Below are positions 1 through 8,186 of a stretch of 17,267 nt of DNA, piece by piece. The stretch comes from Polyangiales bacterium (GTDB taxonomy: Bacteria > Myxococcota_A > Polyangia > Polyangiales > Houyiibacteriaceae). Position numbers and translations under genes: made by a program. A model generated the notes under the pieces. It worked only from the letters and a program-made list of their open reading frames with translations. It made no database searches and was not told where the DNA came from. Positions within the stretch are counted from its first letter, which is position 1. Each line of letters starts with the position of its first letter. Location of the stretch: positions 1 to 17,267 of the forward strand of contig JBGCFM010000184.1 of the NCBI GenBank assembly GCA_045106895.1, in the 5' to 3' direction.

Positions 1-2
1 TT

Positions 3-440
3 TCACTCCCAGATGACGAGTTCACGCTGCTGGACACCCTCCTACTGACGACGGACAAGGGGGTCTTAGAAATCGTACATGATAACCATGTGGGGCCGCG
101 CGTTCGTTCGCTCCAAGACGCGTCCTGCTTCACGATTTTCGGCGACTGGGATGACCGAACGGGGGAAGAGCTTAGGCCGGTCCCGAACATCGACGTCGGG
201 TTCAAGGTCACGGCGCTTCTCTCGGCTTCCTACATCGCGCCGGATGAACCCATTGGCTTCATCCTGTTTAGCGGAGAAGAGGTGCGCATGGAGTGCCTAA
301 CTAGCCCATGGACGATGGACATCGAGGTCGATACAGCGCCAATCCTATGGCCTCTGATGACGTGTTCTCTTCTAGGTGAATCGTCGCTGCAGCGGGTACT
401 CATCACGTGGTGGCCCGCCCGCGACGAGGCTCTCGTGTGA
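3..440 (+). CDS. Hypothetical protein, 5'-truncated by the window edge
   Basis: The frame of ORF 90..440 is open back to base 3 (SLPDDEFTLLDTLLLTTDKGVLEIVHDNHVGPRVRSLQ...) and ends at TGA 438-440. Composition is globular-protein-like, unlike the overlapping Arg/Ser-rich shadow frames. No family recognised. Confidence 0.55.
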   Translation, partial: SLPDDEFTLLDTLLLTTDKGVLEIVHDNHVGPRVRSLQDASCFTIFGDWDDRTGEELRPVPNIDVGFKVTALLSASYIAPDEPIGFILFSGEEVRMECLTSPWTMDIEVDTAPILWPLMTCSLLGESSLQRVLITWWPARDEALV

Positions 441-555
441 TCAGGGCTTTCATTGGTTGTCGCTGCTGAGCCAGAGAATGCCTCCAAGAAGACTCATTGC
501 GCTGAGCCAACCTCATCGAGCGTGCAGGTGACACAGGCGCCGAATATCGATGTGT

Positions 556-945
556 CTACTGCTCCTTCTGAGGAACCCCGTCGGCGATCTCGTAGTAGTC
601 GCCTTTGTCCGCCACGAAGATGTGCACGCCGAGTTTGGTTTCCGTGGGCGTGTCGAAGGCCCCCATCGCGACGGCGATCCAGTCATTTTTGGCTTGGTCG
701 ATGGGGTCGAAGAAAAGCGACGATCCACACGCGGAACAGAAGCCGCGCCGAACTTTTTCGGATGACGCAAACCACGTGACTTGGTCGCCGCCCCGCACCG
801 TCAACGCTGTGCGGGGAACATCTGTGCTGGCGAAAAAATGCCCCGACCACTTGCGGCACTTGGCGCAATGACACCCGTCCGGGGCAGGGAGCGCGCCGTC
901 CACTTCGAAGGTGACGGCGCCACAGAGACAAGACCCTTTTCGCAT
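556..945 (-). CDS. GFA family (glutathione-dependent formaldehyde-activating enzyme / CENP-V-like) Zn-binding protein
   Basis: 129 aa with hallmark motifs GSCLCGAV, CHCAKCRK, SS..VRRGFCSACGSSLF and C-terminal HIFVADK..YY.I.D. Confidence 0.95.
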   Translation of the reverse strand: MRKGSCLCGAVTFEVDGALPAPDGCHCAKCRKWSGHFFASTDVPRTALTVRGGDQVTWFASSEKVRRGFCSACGSSLFFDPIDQAKNDWIAVAMGAFDTPTETKLGVHIFVADKGDYYEIADGVPQKEQ

Positions 946-997
946 TCGTCGGGCTTACCCGTCGTCGGATAAAGCCGCAATACCTCCGAATCACGCA

Positions 998-2641
998 CTA
1001 GCGGTCCACCTGGTTCGCGTACTCCTCGATGTTCAAGTAGCCGTCGCCATCGGCGTCGCCGAAGAAGTCCTCGTCCAGCGATCCAAAGGTGCGCATCTCC
1101 CACGCATCGGCCATGCCGTCGTTGTCCGTGTCGTACGAGTCCGGTCGCGTATTCGAGGGAACGGTGGGCCACTCCCACGTGGAGGAGTCTCGGTTGAAAC
1201 GCAGCTCGCCTGCGTTGGCGTCGGCGATGGCCCCTAAGTCGTACGAGTCCTGATGCCTTTGCACGACGCCGTCGTCGTCGAGGTAGCGGTTATTGCCGAC
1301 GTCACCGAGGACACTCGCTCGTGCTTCGAGGGCGCCTAGCAGCGGCATGGGGTGTTCGATGCTCTCCTCGGACACCGGCGCGTCTTCGAAGAACGAGGCC
1401 GGCACCGGGTCCGAGGTGCCAAACATCGTCCAGATGCTGTGCTCTTCGGCCTGCGTATTGTCCCCATCGAGGATCACCCCGCCCTCAAGCTCTTCGTAGT
1501 AGTTGCCATCGGCGAAGAGGTCGACGTCGACGTCTCCAATCCGCTGCCAGTTGTTTCGAGAGATCGACACGCGGTGGAAGATGTAGTTGTTCTGATAGTT
1601 CACGCTCGGGCTTCCGTAGACGATGTTCGCCAAACGTGAGCCCCTGGAGATGATGACGTTGTTTCGAATTTCTCCGTAGCCATTGAAGCCTCCGAGGTTC
1701 GGCGTGCGGTGTCCGCCCATGACCAGGTTGCTGAGGATGGAGATATTGCCTGCGATGTCCCAGTCGTCTTCTCCCGAGTCGATTCCGTCGACGCTAAACA
1801 CCAAGGTCGCGCTCTCGGCGGCGATGCTCCGTTGCAACGTCGAGTCGCGGTTTGGGTACCCGGGTTGCCAGTCGGCCATGATGATGGACTTGTCGCCGCC
1901 CCAGCTGGACGAACAGTGGTCGATGATGACCTCTCGGCCAGGAAGGCTGATGCCCGTGCTGCGTCGGTCATCGGTGATGGGGTTGCCGGTGATGAGCTTC
2001 GGCCGGGACGTGAGGTAGCGCAGAATGATGTTTCGGTTGCGCTTGATGTGGATGTAGCCGTTGATGATCGTCACGCCGCCCTCCGGCGCCGTCTGGCCGA
2101 GGATGGTCATGTCGGATGCGCCGTTCGGTTCTTCGGTGGAGATTCCCTCGCCGAAGGAGCGGCTGTCCCCGTCGGGCCCTGGAGTGAGACCCACATCAAC
2201 CTGTCCCGAGACGTTGAATACGACGAAGCGCGGCGTTCCAATGTTCTGCGTGAGCGCGGCGTCGAGACCTCCTCGCCACACGCGGGGGCGTACTTCGACC
2301 AAGTCTGCATCCGCGTCGAGAGTGTCGACGAGGATCAGTTGCGTTGTTTCGGCATCACGCCTCCCGCCGGTAGCGATGGCGCCGCCGCCATAGGCGCTAG
2401 GGAACGCTTTGAGGGGGCCGTCGTCAATGGGGCCACTGTCCGCCGCGTCTGCGTTTCCGGTGTCCTCTGGATTCGCATCGCGCCCCGCATCATCCCCGCC
2501 TGAATCGAGCTCGCTTCCATCACGCTCCGTGGCGTCGATGGGCGGTGAGTCTGCGCCGGAGTCCGAGGCGTCGTTGTCTCCGCCACACGCGCCCATCATC
2601 AAAACAAGAGCGAGCCCCGGAACTATCGTTTGTCGAATCAT
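998..2641 (-). CDS. Polysaccharide lyase family 1 (pectate lyase)-like beta-helix lipoprotein, paralog A
   Basis: Likely start is ATG 2641 (MIRQTIVPGLALVLMMGAC, lipobox Cys19), not 3025. An acidic D/S/G/A stalk is followed by KAFPSAYGGG..ATGGR, FNVSG, TILGQTAPEGG, NIILRYL, VIIDHCSSSW, HRTP and EIRNNVI. The C-terminus carries DTDNDGMADAWE / DADGDGYLNIEEY Ca-binding-type motifs typical of this PL1 subgroup. Confidence 0.85.
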   Translation of the reverse strand: MIRQTIVPGLALVLMMGACGGDNDASDSGADSPPIDATERDGSELDSGGDDAGRDANPEDTGNADAADSGPIDDGPLKAFPSAYGGGAIATGGRRDAETTQLILVDTLDADADLVEVRPRVWRGGLDAALTQNIGTPRFVVFNVSGQVDVGLTPGPDGDSRSFGEGISTEEPNGASDMTILGQTAPEGGVTIINGYIHIKRNRNIILRYLTSRPKLITGNPITDDRRSTGISLPGREVIIDHCSSSWGGDKSIIMADWQPGYPNRDSTLQRSIAAESATLVFSVDGIDSGEDDWDIAGNISILSNLVMGGHRTPNLGGFNGYGEIRNNVIISRGSRLANIVYGSPSVNYQNNYIFHRVSISRNNWQRIGDVDVDLFADGNYYEELEGGVILDGDNTQAEEHSIWTMFGTSDPVPASFFEDAPVSEESIEHPMPLLGALEARASVLGDVGNNRYLDDDGVVQRHQDSYDLGAIADANAGELRFNRDSSTWEWPTVPSNTRPDSYDTDNDGMADAWEMRTFGSLDEDFFGDADGDGYLNIEEYANQVDR

Positions 2642-2759
2642 GAATTCGAAATTGTACCGACTGTTCACGAGACTATCCATCTGTTTGAGGGTCACCTGAA
2701 GGTCCCGAGTCCGACGTGCAAATCGTACAACCCATGTCGACGACGACGCGCAACATGTC

Positions 2760-2786
2760 GCGATGTTTGTCGCCGACAAACGTCGC
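2760..2786. promoter_or_regulatory. Near-perfect palindrome in the divergent intergenic region (possible operator)
   Basis: GCGATGTTTGTCG-C-CGACAAACGTCGC: 13-bp arms with one mismatch, lying between the divergent starts at 2641 (-) and 2887 (+). Confidence 0.35.
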
Positions 2787-2886
2787 CGGCGGGTTCGTCT
2801 TTTGGAGCACGTTCTACTCGTCCTCATCTTAGGACCGCCCGTCGCTTTTTCCTCGCGCGAGTCGCTCAGGTCTGTCACGAAAACCC

Positions 2887-3471
2887 GTGACGCACGTTGC
2901 AGAGTATGTGGACGGATTGCCGGAAGGGCTTCGATCCTACCCGCAGGCTCAATGCCGGGCACGAGTCGTCGAGACCTTCGTCGGTGAGGACGCACAACGT
3001 GTGGCAGCGTGTTTGCCCGAAGCACTTCGGGGCCTGGTACTCCGCCCTCCTTCGCCCCTCAGCTGGGTCCCGGAAGTTCATGCGCAGTCGGTATTTGCGG
3101 CGATCCGCGAGGGGCTCTGCGAGAGCGACGACGCGTTTGTGAAACGGGCTCGTTACTTCAACCGGCGTCTGCTTTCCAGCCCGCTCTTCTCCCTTGCGCG
3201 TTTGGTGACTCTCTCCCGCGTGGCCAAGACCGTTGTTGCCACGTGGGGGTTGGCGCACCGCGGCTCTCCTTTGAGCATCACACCCATCGGGCCGAGCGAG
3301 ATGGAACTCCAGATGTGGTATCCGGACATGCTCTTCACGGACTATATGATTCGTGCGTACCTCACCGCCGCCGAGGAGACGCTGAATGCGAGCGGTGCAC
3401 AGGAAGCAAGCTCGACGCTCCTAGAGATGACGCCCGCCTCTTTCCGAGCGCGCCTTCGCTGGGCGGAGTGA
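2887..3471 (+). CDS. Hypothetical protein resembling myxobacterial DUF2378/TIGR02265-like proteins
   Basis: 194 aa. The pattern YVDGLPEGLRSYP..., PP..SWVPE, W...HRGS and a C-terminal 'L.W' matches my recollection of this Myxococcales-enriched family. GTG start is uncertain; in-frame stop at 2830-2832 bounds it upstream. Confidence 0.65.
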   Translation: MTHVAEYVDGLPEGLRSYPQAQCRARVVETFVGEDAQRVAACLPEALRGLVLRPPSPLSWVPEVHAQSVFAAIREGLCESDDAFVKRARYFNRRLLSSPLFSLARLVTLSRVAKTVVATWGLAHRGSPLSITPIGPSEMELQMWYPDMLFTDYMIRAYLTAAEETLNASGAQEASSTLLEMTPASFRARLRWAE

Positions 3472-3504
3472 GACCACGACCCGACGAGCGGCCTTTCTAT
3501 CCTG

Positions 3505-5088
3505 CTATCCGTCAACCTCGTTGAGGAACTCTTCAATGTTCGTGTAGCCATCGCCGTCTGCGTCGCCGGAGTCGTCCGCCGTCTCTGGGTCAAAGCCGTT
3601 CGCGCTTTCCCATGCGTCAGGCATGCCGTCGCCGTCGGTGTCGGGGTAGGGCGCGTTCGAGGGAACGGTCACGTGTACAAAGCCGTCCCGGCTGTAGGAG
3701 TAGGCTGAGCCCTCGCCGTCCCCGTCGCGAAGTTCCGCGATGAGTGAGCGGTCGATGTCGTCGCGATACACGACGATGTTTCCGTTCTCGTCGAGGGTTC
3801 GAAACGCGCCGACCTCGTCTGGGAGCGAGGCGATGACCTCTTCGGCTGTCCGCAGCGGCGCCGCCGGAGCTACGCGCGGGAACGCTTCGAAGACTTGCAT
3901 TGAAGCCGGTGCAGGATCGTTCTGACTGAGTCCGCCGCCGTCGATGAACACCTGCCAGCTCGACCAATTGTCCGCGCTCGGGTCCGTGAGGACGTCGGTG
4001 ATGAAGTTGCCGGCCGTGAAGATACGTGTGTCCAAGATGCCATCTGTGCTCGGGTGGATTCGATTGGCGATGTTGTTGATGTTCGTGGCGTCTCGTGTCT
4101 GCACACCCGCCACGTAGGCGTTGTTGATGTGGTTCACCGTGAGCGCGTTGTGAACGTTGACCAGACGGAAACGCCAGTTGTGAACAAGGTTGTTCGTCAC
4201 CTCGAAGTGGCCGTCTCCGCCGACGTTGGGGAAGCGGTGCGTGATGCGCGAGTAGAAGTTGTTGTGAAACGAGAAGACCGCCTCGGGGCCGTTTCCGCCG
4301 AGGATGGTGCCTGTCTTGCTATCGCTGAGGACGGTATACTGAATCGACGCGCCGGCGCCGGGTGTGGCGCCGAGGAGGTCTACATCGAGGGCTTCGTCGG
4401 TGCCAAAGGCCAAAGAGACGTGGTCGATGACGACGTTCTCTACGTCATGGAAGCCGAGGGCGTCAAAGTCGTGAAAGGACTCGTTGTCGGCGCGGGTGCG
4501 AGCGTCGGTGTTCTTTCGAAACCGAACGTAGCGCCAGACCATGTTCGAGACCTGGTCTGTGTAGACGTGGCCGCGAACGGTGATGCCGCCTTCCGGCGCC
4601 GTCTGACCTGCCACGGTGAAGTTCGAGTAAGCCGCATCTTCCATCGCGATCATGCCCGGCCAGCGCAGGTCTCCGACCTCGCTCTCGTCGAGGGTTCCGT
4701 TCCCGTCGAGGTCGCCCACGACGATGGTGCCGGATACGCGGAAGATGATGATGCGCGGAAAAGTCTGACGAAGCGCGAAGCGAAGCGTTCCTTCGACGGC
4801 GCTTCCGTCTTCGTTGCGAGCGTCGTCGAGTCGCGTCACGGCGACGACGGTGCCGCCTCGTCCGCCCGTCGCATAGGCGCCGGCGCCATAGGCTGTCGGG
4901 AACGCTTTTAGTTCCGTTGGCAAGTTGGCGTCGGGGGCCTGCGCATCGACGGAACCCGCATCGACGGAACCCGCATCGACGGTACGCGCGTCGACGCTAA
5001 GCCCATCGGACCCTGCGTCGCTGTCTGAGCCCGCGTCGTCTCCGCAGGCAAGGAGCAAGAGGAGCGGCGCCAGTCTTCGTAGTCTCAT
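3505..5088 (-). CDS. Polysaccharide lyase family 1 (pectate lyase)-like beta-helix lipoprotein, paralog B
   Basis: 527 aa. Lipoprotein signal MRLRRLAPLLLLLAC and a DAG stalk, then KAFPTAYGAGAYATGGRGG.VV.VT, GTLRFAL, IIFRVSGTI, TVAGQTAPEGGIT, DALG..NVVIDHVS...GTDE, SFHNN, HRFP and VTNNLVHNW. C-terminus DTDGDGMPDAWE...DADGDGYTNIEEFLN. Confidence 0.9.
   Translation of the reverse strand: MRLRRLAPLLLLLACGDDAGSDSDAGSDGLSVDARTVDAGSVDAGSVDAQAPDANLPTELKAFPTAYGAGAYATGGRGGTVVAVTRLDDARNEDGSAVEGTLRFALRQTFPRIIIFRVSGTIVVGDLDGNGTLDESEVGDLRWPGMIAMEDAAYSNFTVAGQTAPEGGITVRGHVYTDQVSNMVWRYVRFRKNTDARTRADNESFHDFDALGFHDVENVVIDHVSLAFGTDEALDVDLLGATPGAGASIQYTVLSDSKTGTILGGNGPEAVFSFHNNFYSRITHRFPNVGGDGHFEVTNNLVHNWRFRLVNVHNALTVNHINNAYVAGVQTRDATNINNIANRIHPSTDGILDTRIFTAGNFITDVLTDPSADNWSSWQVFIDGGGLSQNDPAPASMQVFEAFPRVAPAAPLRTAEEVIASLPDEVGAFRTLDENGNIVVYRDDIDRSLIAELRDGDGEGSAYSYSRDGFVHVTVPSNAPYPDTDGDGMPDAWESANGFDPETADDSGDADGDGYTNIEEFLNEVDG
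4942..4996. repeat. 15-bp coding tandem repeat (VDAGS-type linker)
   Basis: CGCATCGACGGAACC x2, then CGCATCGACGGTACG and a partial CGCGTCGACG. It encodes the SVDARTVDAGSVDAGSVDA part of the paralog B stalk. Confidence 0.85.
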
Positions 5089-5148
5089 GCTTCAGAATCG
5101 CACGGCACGAAGGATTTTGGCCATCAAACAAACGATGGATACACGCCG

Positions 5149-5871
5149 CTATCGTCGCCCGAGCGTTTCACCGACGAATGGCGACAGAACGACGGCGACC
5201 CACATCAAGCCTGTGCAGAGTCGAATCGCGGCGAGCTGGCGGAGAGAACGCCGGCGTCTTCGTGTCTGGAGGCTCTCAAAGTTCCGGATGTGAGAGGCGG
5301 CGCCGTGTCGGTAGTCCAAGGGGTGGTGATCCATGTCGACGTAGACGATTCCGAGGGGAAGCGGACCGTCGGCGCGGGCAAGGACCAAGTCGCCGTCTCG
5401 TTGAATCGTCGCCACGCAGTCATCGACGGACAGAACTTCTACCTGCGTCCATCCGCGAACCCTTCGCGCGCTTTGGAGCAGGCCGAAGCCGAGGGTCCAA
5501 GAGGAGAGCAAGTTGTCCGCGACGAGCCCGACGATGGGGGCGACGACGAGGGTGCCGCAGAGTTCGGACGGTCGGTAGTAGCCGTACAAAGCGGCCGATA
5601 GGACGACAACACCGGCGAGCCGCGCGCGAGTTTGCACAGTCGGGGTTCCTTCGCCGACGGGAACATGCCGGCGAACACGCCGCTCCGCCCAGGTACGCGC
5701 GGCGGGAAAGATGAGGCCGGCGCCGATCGCTATGGCCACAGGCCATGTCCACCCGGTGTTAAACGACCCCACTGAAGTCCCGCAGAGAAAAAGAAGAAAC
5801 TGGAGGAATGCGACGACATCCGCTTCGGCGGCGGCCTCGTCTTGTTGCGATGCGGTGGATGGAGCGCTCAC
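5149..5871 (-). CDS. Hypothetical multi-pass membrane protein
   Basis: 240 aa with about four N-terminal hydrophobic segments, a small soluble beta-rich region and a C-terminal hydrophobic segment. It fills the gap between two minus-strand genes. Confidence 0.7.
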   Translation of the reverse strand: MSAPSTASQQDEAAAEADVVAFLQFLLFLCGTSVGSFNTGWTWPVAIAIGAGLIFPAARTWAERRVRRHVPVGEGTPTVQTRARLAGVVVLSAALYGYYRPSELCGTLVVAPIVGLVADNLLSSWTLGFGLLQSARRVRGWTQVEVLSVDDCVATIQRDGDLVLARADGPLPLGIVYVDMDHHPLDYRHGAASHIRNFESLQTRRRRRSLRQLAAIRLCTGLMWVAVVLSPFVGETLGRR

Positions 5872-5954
5872 GTCATTGAAAGTCTAGGGGTGGAGGACTG
5901 AACCGCCAACGGCGAAGACGCGCCCCGCTATTCCTGGCTCCCGGGCGGCCGCTT

Positions 5955-8177
5955 CTAAGGGACGTGGATAGACTGGAGAATGATGCGTCCATCCTCATCG
6001 ATGACGCCCGCGTCGTCTCCAGCCACGGCCACCGCACGCGCCCGGCGGCTGCCGGCGTAGAGGCCGATGCGCGGCGAGAGTTCGCCGTGGTAGTCGTCGG
6101 GGACGTGTACGCGGAAGCGGTCCCGGACGATGCGGCCTTCCGGCCACTCGCTCGTGGGCAAGAAGCCGCCGACGGGGGAATGATCGCCATGAATGAATGT
6201 GCCGCCGATGACGTGCACGAAGACATCAAAGTTGCGCGGAAGGGCCCGAATGACGCGGAAGTAACACGCGATGCTCAGGTCCGCGCCGGCGGCGGCTTCG
6301 TCAGGGACCTCGCAGCCGAGGAGGTCCACGGAGTCATCGAGTCGCACCGCTGGGTTTGAGAAGGCCGGTGCTTCGTCCAAGACGGCGCCCGCCGCGTCGC
6401 CGGCGAGTTCACGCACAAGCTCAACGCGTCGCTCCACCGCCGCGCCGACCCCTTCGCCGTAGAGCGTCATCAACGAATAGGCGCTTGGCAGGCGGCTCAG
6501 GGCGTACTCGTAGCGCTCCAAAATCTGCTCCGGCGAAGGTCGCGGGATGTCGCGCGCGCCTACGTGGCTGTAGTCCGGGCGCATTCTGTAGTTGGCGCGT
6601 ACCTCGGGCAGGCGCAAAGCCGTCGCCCATGGGCCGTAGAGCTCGCTCATGGCGATGGGTCGCTCGAAAGCGCGGAGAATGATGTCACTCTCCACGGTCT
6701 CGGCGCCAAGCTCGACGACGTCGGGGGTGAAGAGACCGTCGGTGTCGAAGACGCGCACGGGCGTGAGCCAGCCGACGCGGCCGATGTCGCGTGCGATGAA
6801 CCAGACGTCTTCGAGGGGTCGCTCGTCGGCCTCGATGAGGGAGTACACCTGGGTGATCATGCCGTTCTGGTACGGATGCATCGCCTTGACGTGGTCGGGC
6901 CATTCCCCTTGAAGCGCAGCGCGCGCATCCGCCCAGGCTTCGGAGGTCTTGGGCCGTCGCCAGTTTTCCCCGCGCCCATGGGAATGAAAATCGCTGACGC
7001 TGTAACGGGAGTCGATCTTCGCGATGTCAAAGGACGCGAGAACGAGCAGCGCGACGGCCCCACTCATCAGCCACTTCTGCCGCTGCGCAGCACCGAGAAG
7101 CACCAAGGGCAAGAGCATCTGCACGGGCAAGAAATGCCGCACGTTGGGCATCCAGTCGCGCTCGACGAGGCCGACGAAGAACGCCGTCCCCAGCACGACC
7201 AAGACGAAGAGGCCGTCTCGTTTCGTGCGGAAGAGGTACAAGCCCGCAGCGACGCAGAGCGCGAAGAGAACGACTTCGACGGCGCTCGCTCCTTGGGCCA
7301 CGAAGGGCGCGAGGTTCTCGATATCGAAGCCGCCGCCTTCTTTGGCGTAGTGCGTGTGAGGCAGCCACAGACCAAAGTACGAGTGGCGGAAGAGAACGTA
7401 CGCCGCCAGCGCTCCAGTCGCAGCGAGACTTGGTGGGAGGAGACGCTTGAGTCGAAGCTTCAGCTCATCGCGTCCGTTCGCACCGAGGACCTCCGCGATG
7501 CCGATGACGCCCGCAAAGAGCGGAGCCTCGGGACGTGAAAGCAGGAGTCCTGCGGCTGAGAAAGTCAGAAGCGCGAAGGTCTTCTTGGAGGGTGACTTCG
7601 CATGACGATGCATCGCGACCATCGTCCACACAATGAAGGCGAGGTATGCCGGCGTCTCAAGGCCCCACATGGCCCAAGCGATGATGTAACTGTTGGCGGC
7701 GAGGAAGAGCAGAGGCAGGAGCGCCGGCGTGCGCTCAAGCTCGAAGCGCTCGCGGCCGAGGCGGTACGTACCCCATCCCAAGAAGAGGAGCGAGAGTGCG
7801 CCGAGGAACTTCGTCCAGCTAACGCCGCCGACTCCCGCGTACTCGCCCAGGGTGAGCCAGAGCATCCACAGAGGTCCGCTATAACCCTCGACGGGCTCGC
7901 CGATATTGTAGACGAGGCCGTGGCCGCTCGCGGCGTTCTCCGCGTAGCGAAGGTAGATGAACATGTCATCCACGGTGCGCGGGAAGTAGTAGAGAACGTG
8001 AAGCACGCCGAGGGTCAAGACGCCGAAGAGCAGTGCCAAGAAGACGCGCTGTGCGGAGCCCTCGTGGGTCTCGCCGGACTCTGTCTCGCCGGACTCTGTC
8101 TCCGCTGTGTCAGCAGCCTCGTCAGCCTTGGCTTCGTCGGACTCCGTCTCTTCCGCGCTTGTCGAATCGGCACTCAT
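5955..8177 (-). CDS. GT-C fold membrane glycosyltransferase-like protein (PMT/arabinosyltransferase-like) with C-terminal soluble domains
   Basis: 740 aa. The first loop after TM1 reads DDMFIYLRYAEN...GHGLVYN.GEPVEGYSGPLW. Further motifs are GLET, SRPE, YFG.WLPHT.YAK, DWM...RHFLP and DIGRVG..D.DGL, with many TM helices. The C-terminal beta domain has VFVHV...GDH.P....PTSEWPEG.IVRD. Confidence 0.85.
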   Translation of the reverse strand: MSADSTSAEETESDEAKADEAADTAETESGETESGETHEGSAQRVFLALLFGVLTLGVLHVLYYFPRTVDDMFIYLRYAENAASGHGLVYNIGEPVEGYSGPLWMLWLTLGEYAGVGGVSWTKFLGALSLLFLGWGTYRLGRERFELERTPALLPLLFLAANSYIIAWAMWGLETPAYLAFIVWTMVAMHRHAKSPSKKTFALLTFSAAGLLLSRPEAPLFAGVIGIAEVLGANGRDELKLRLKRLLPPSLAATGALAAYVLFRHSYFGLWLPHTHYAKEGGGFDIENLAPFVAQGASAVEVVLFALCVAAGLYLFRTKRDGLFVLVVLGTAFFVGLVERDWMPNVRHFLPVQMLLPLVLLGAAQRQKWLMSGAVALLVLASFDIAKIDSRYSVSDFHSHGRGENWRRPKTSEAWADARAALQGEWPDHVKAMHPYQNGMITQVYSLIEADERPLEDVWFIARDIGRVGWLTPVRVFDTDGLFTPDVVELGAETVESDIILRAFERPIAMSELYGPWATALRLPEVRANYRMRPDYSHVGARDIPRPSPEQILERYEYALSRLPSAYSLMTLYGEGVGAAVERRVELVRELAGDAAGAVLDEAPAFSNPAVRLDDSVDLLGCEVPDEAAAGADLSIACYFRVIRALPRNFDVFVHVIGGTFIHGDHSPVGGFLPTSEWPEGRIVRDRFRVHVPDDYHGELSPRIGLYAGSRRARAVAVAGDDAGVIDEDGRIILQSIHVP
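8068..8102. repeat. 15-bp coding tandem repeat (ETESG)
   Basis: GTCTCGCCGGACTCT x2 plus GTCTC, in the acidic N-terminal tail of the GT-C protein. Confidence 0.85.
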
Positions 8178-8186
8178 GGCACGGCG

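Noticed and set aside
183..554. PNIDV-encoding similarity at 183-197 and 540-554
   Set aside because: Only 15 nt with mismatches and no extended similarity, so probably chance.
950..961. CGGG-CTTA-CCCG hairpin between lyase A and the GFA gene as a terminator
   Set aside because: The stem is very short and there is no U-tract.
2642..3025. 128-aa N-terminal extension of the 675-aa ORF
   Set aside because: It is Arg-rich and overlaps the opposite-strand gene at 2887, and a clean lipoprotein signal begins at ATG 2641.
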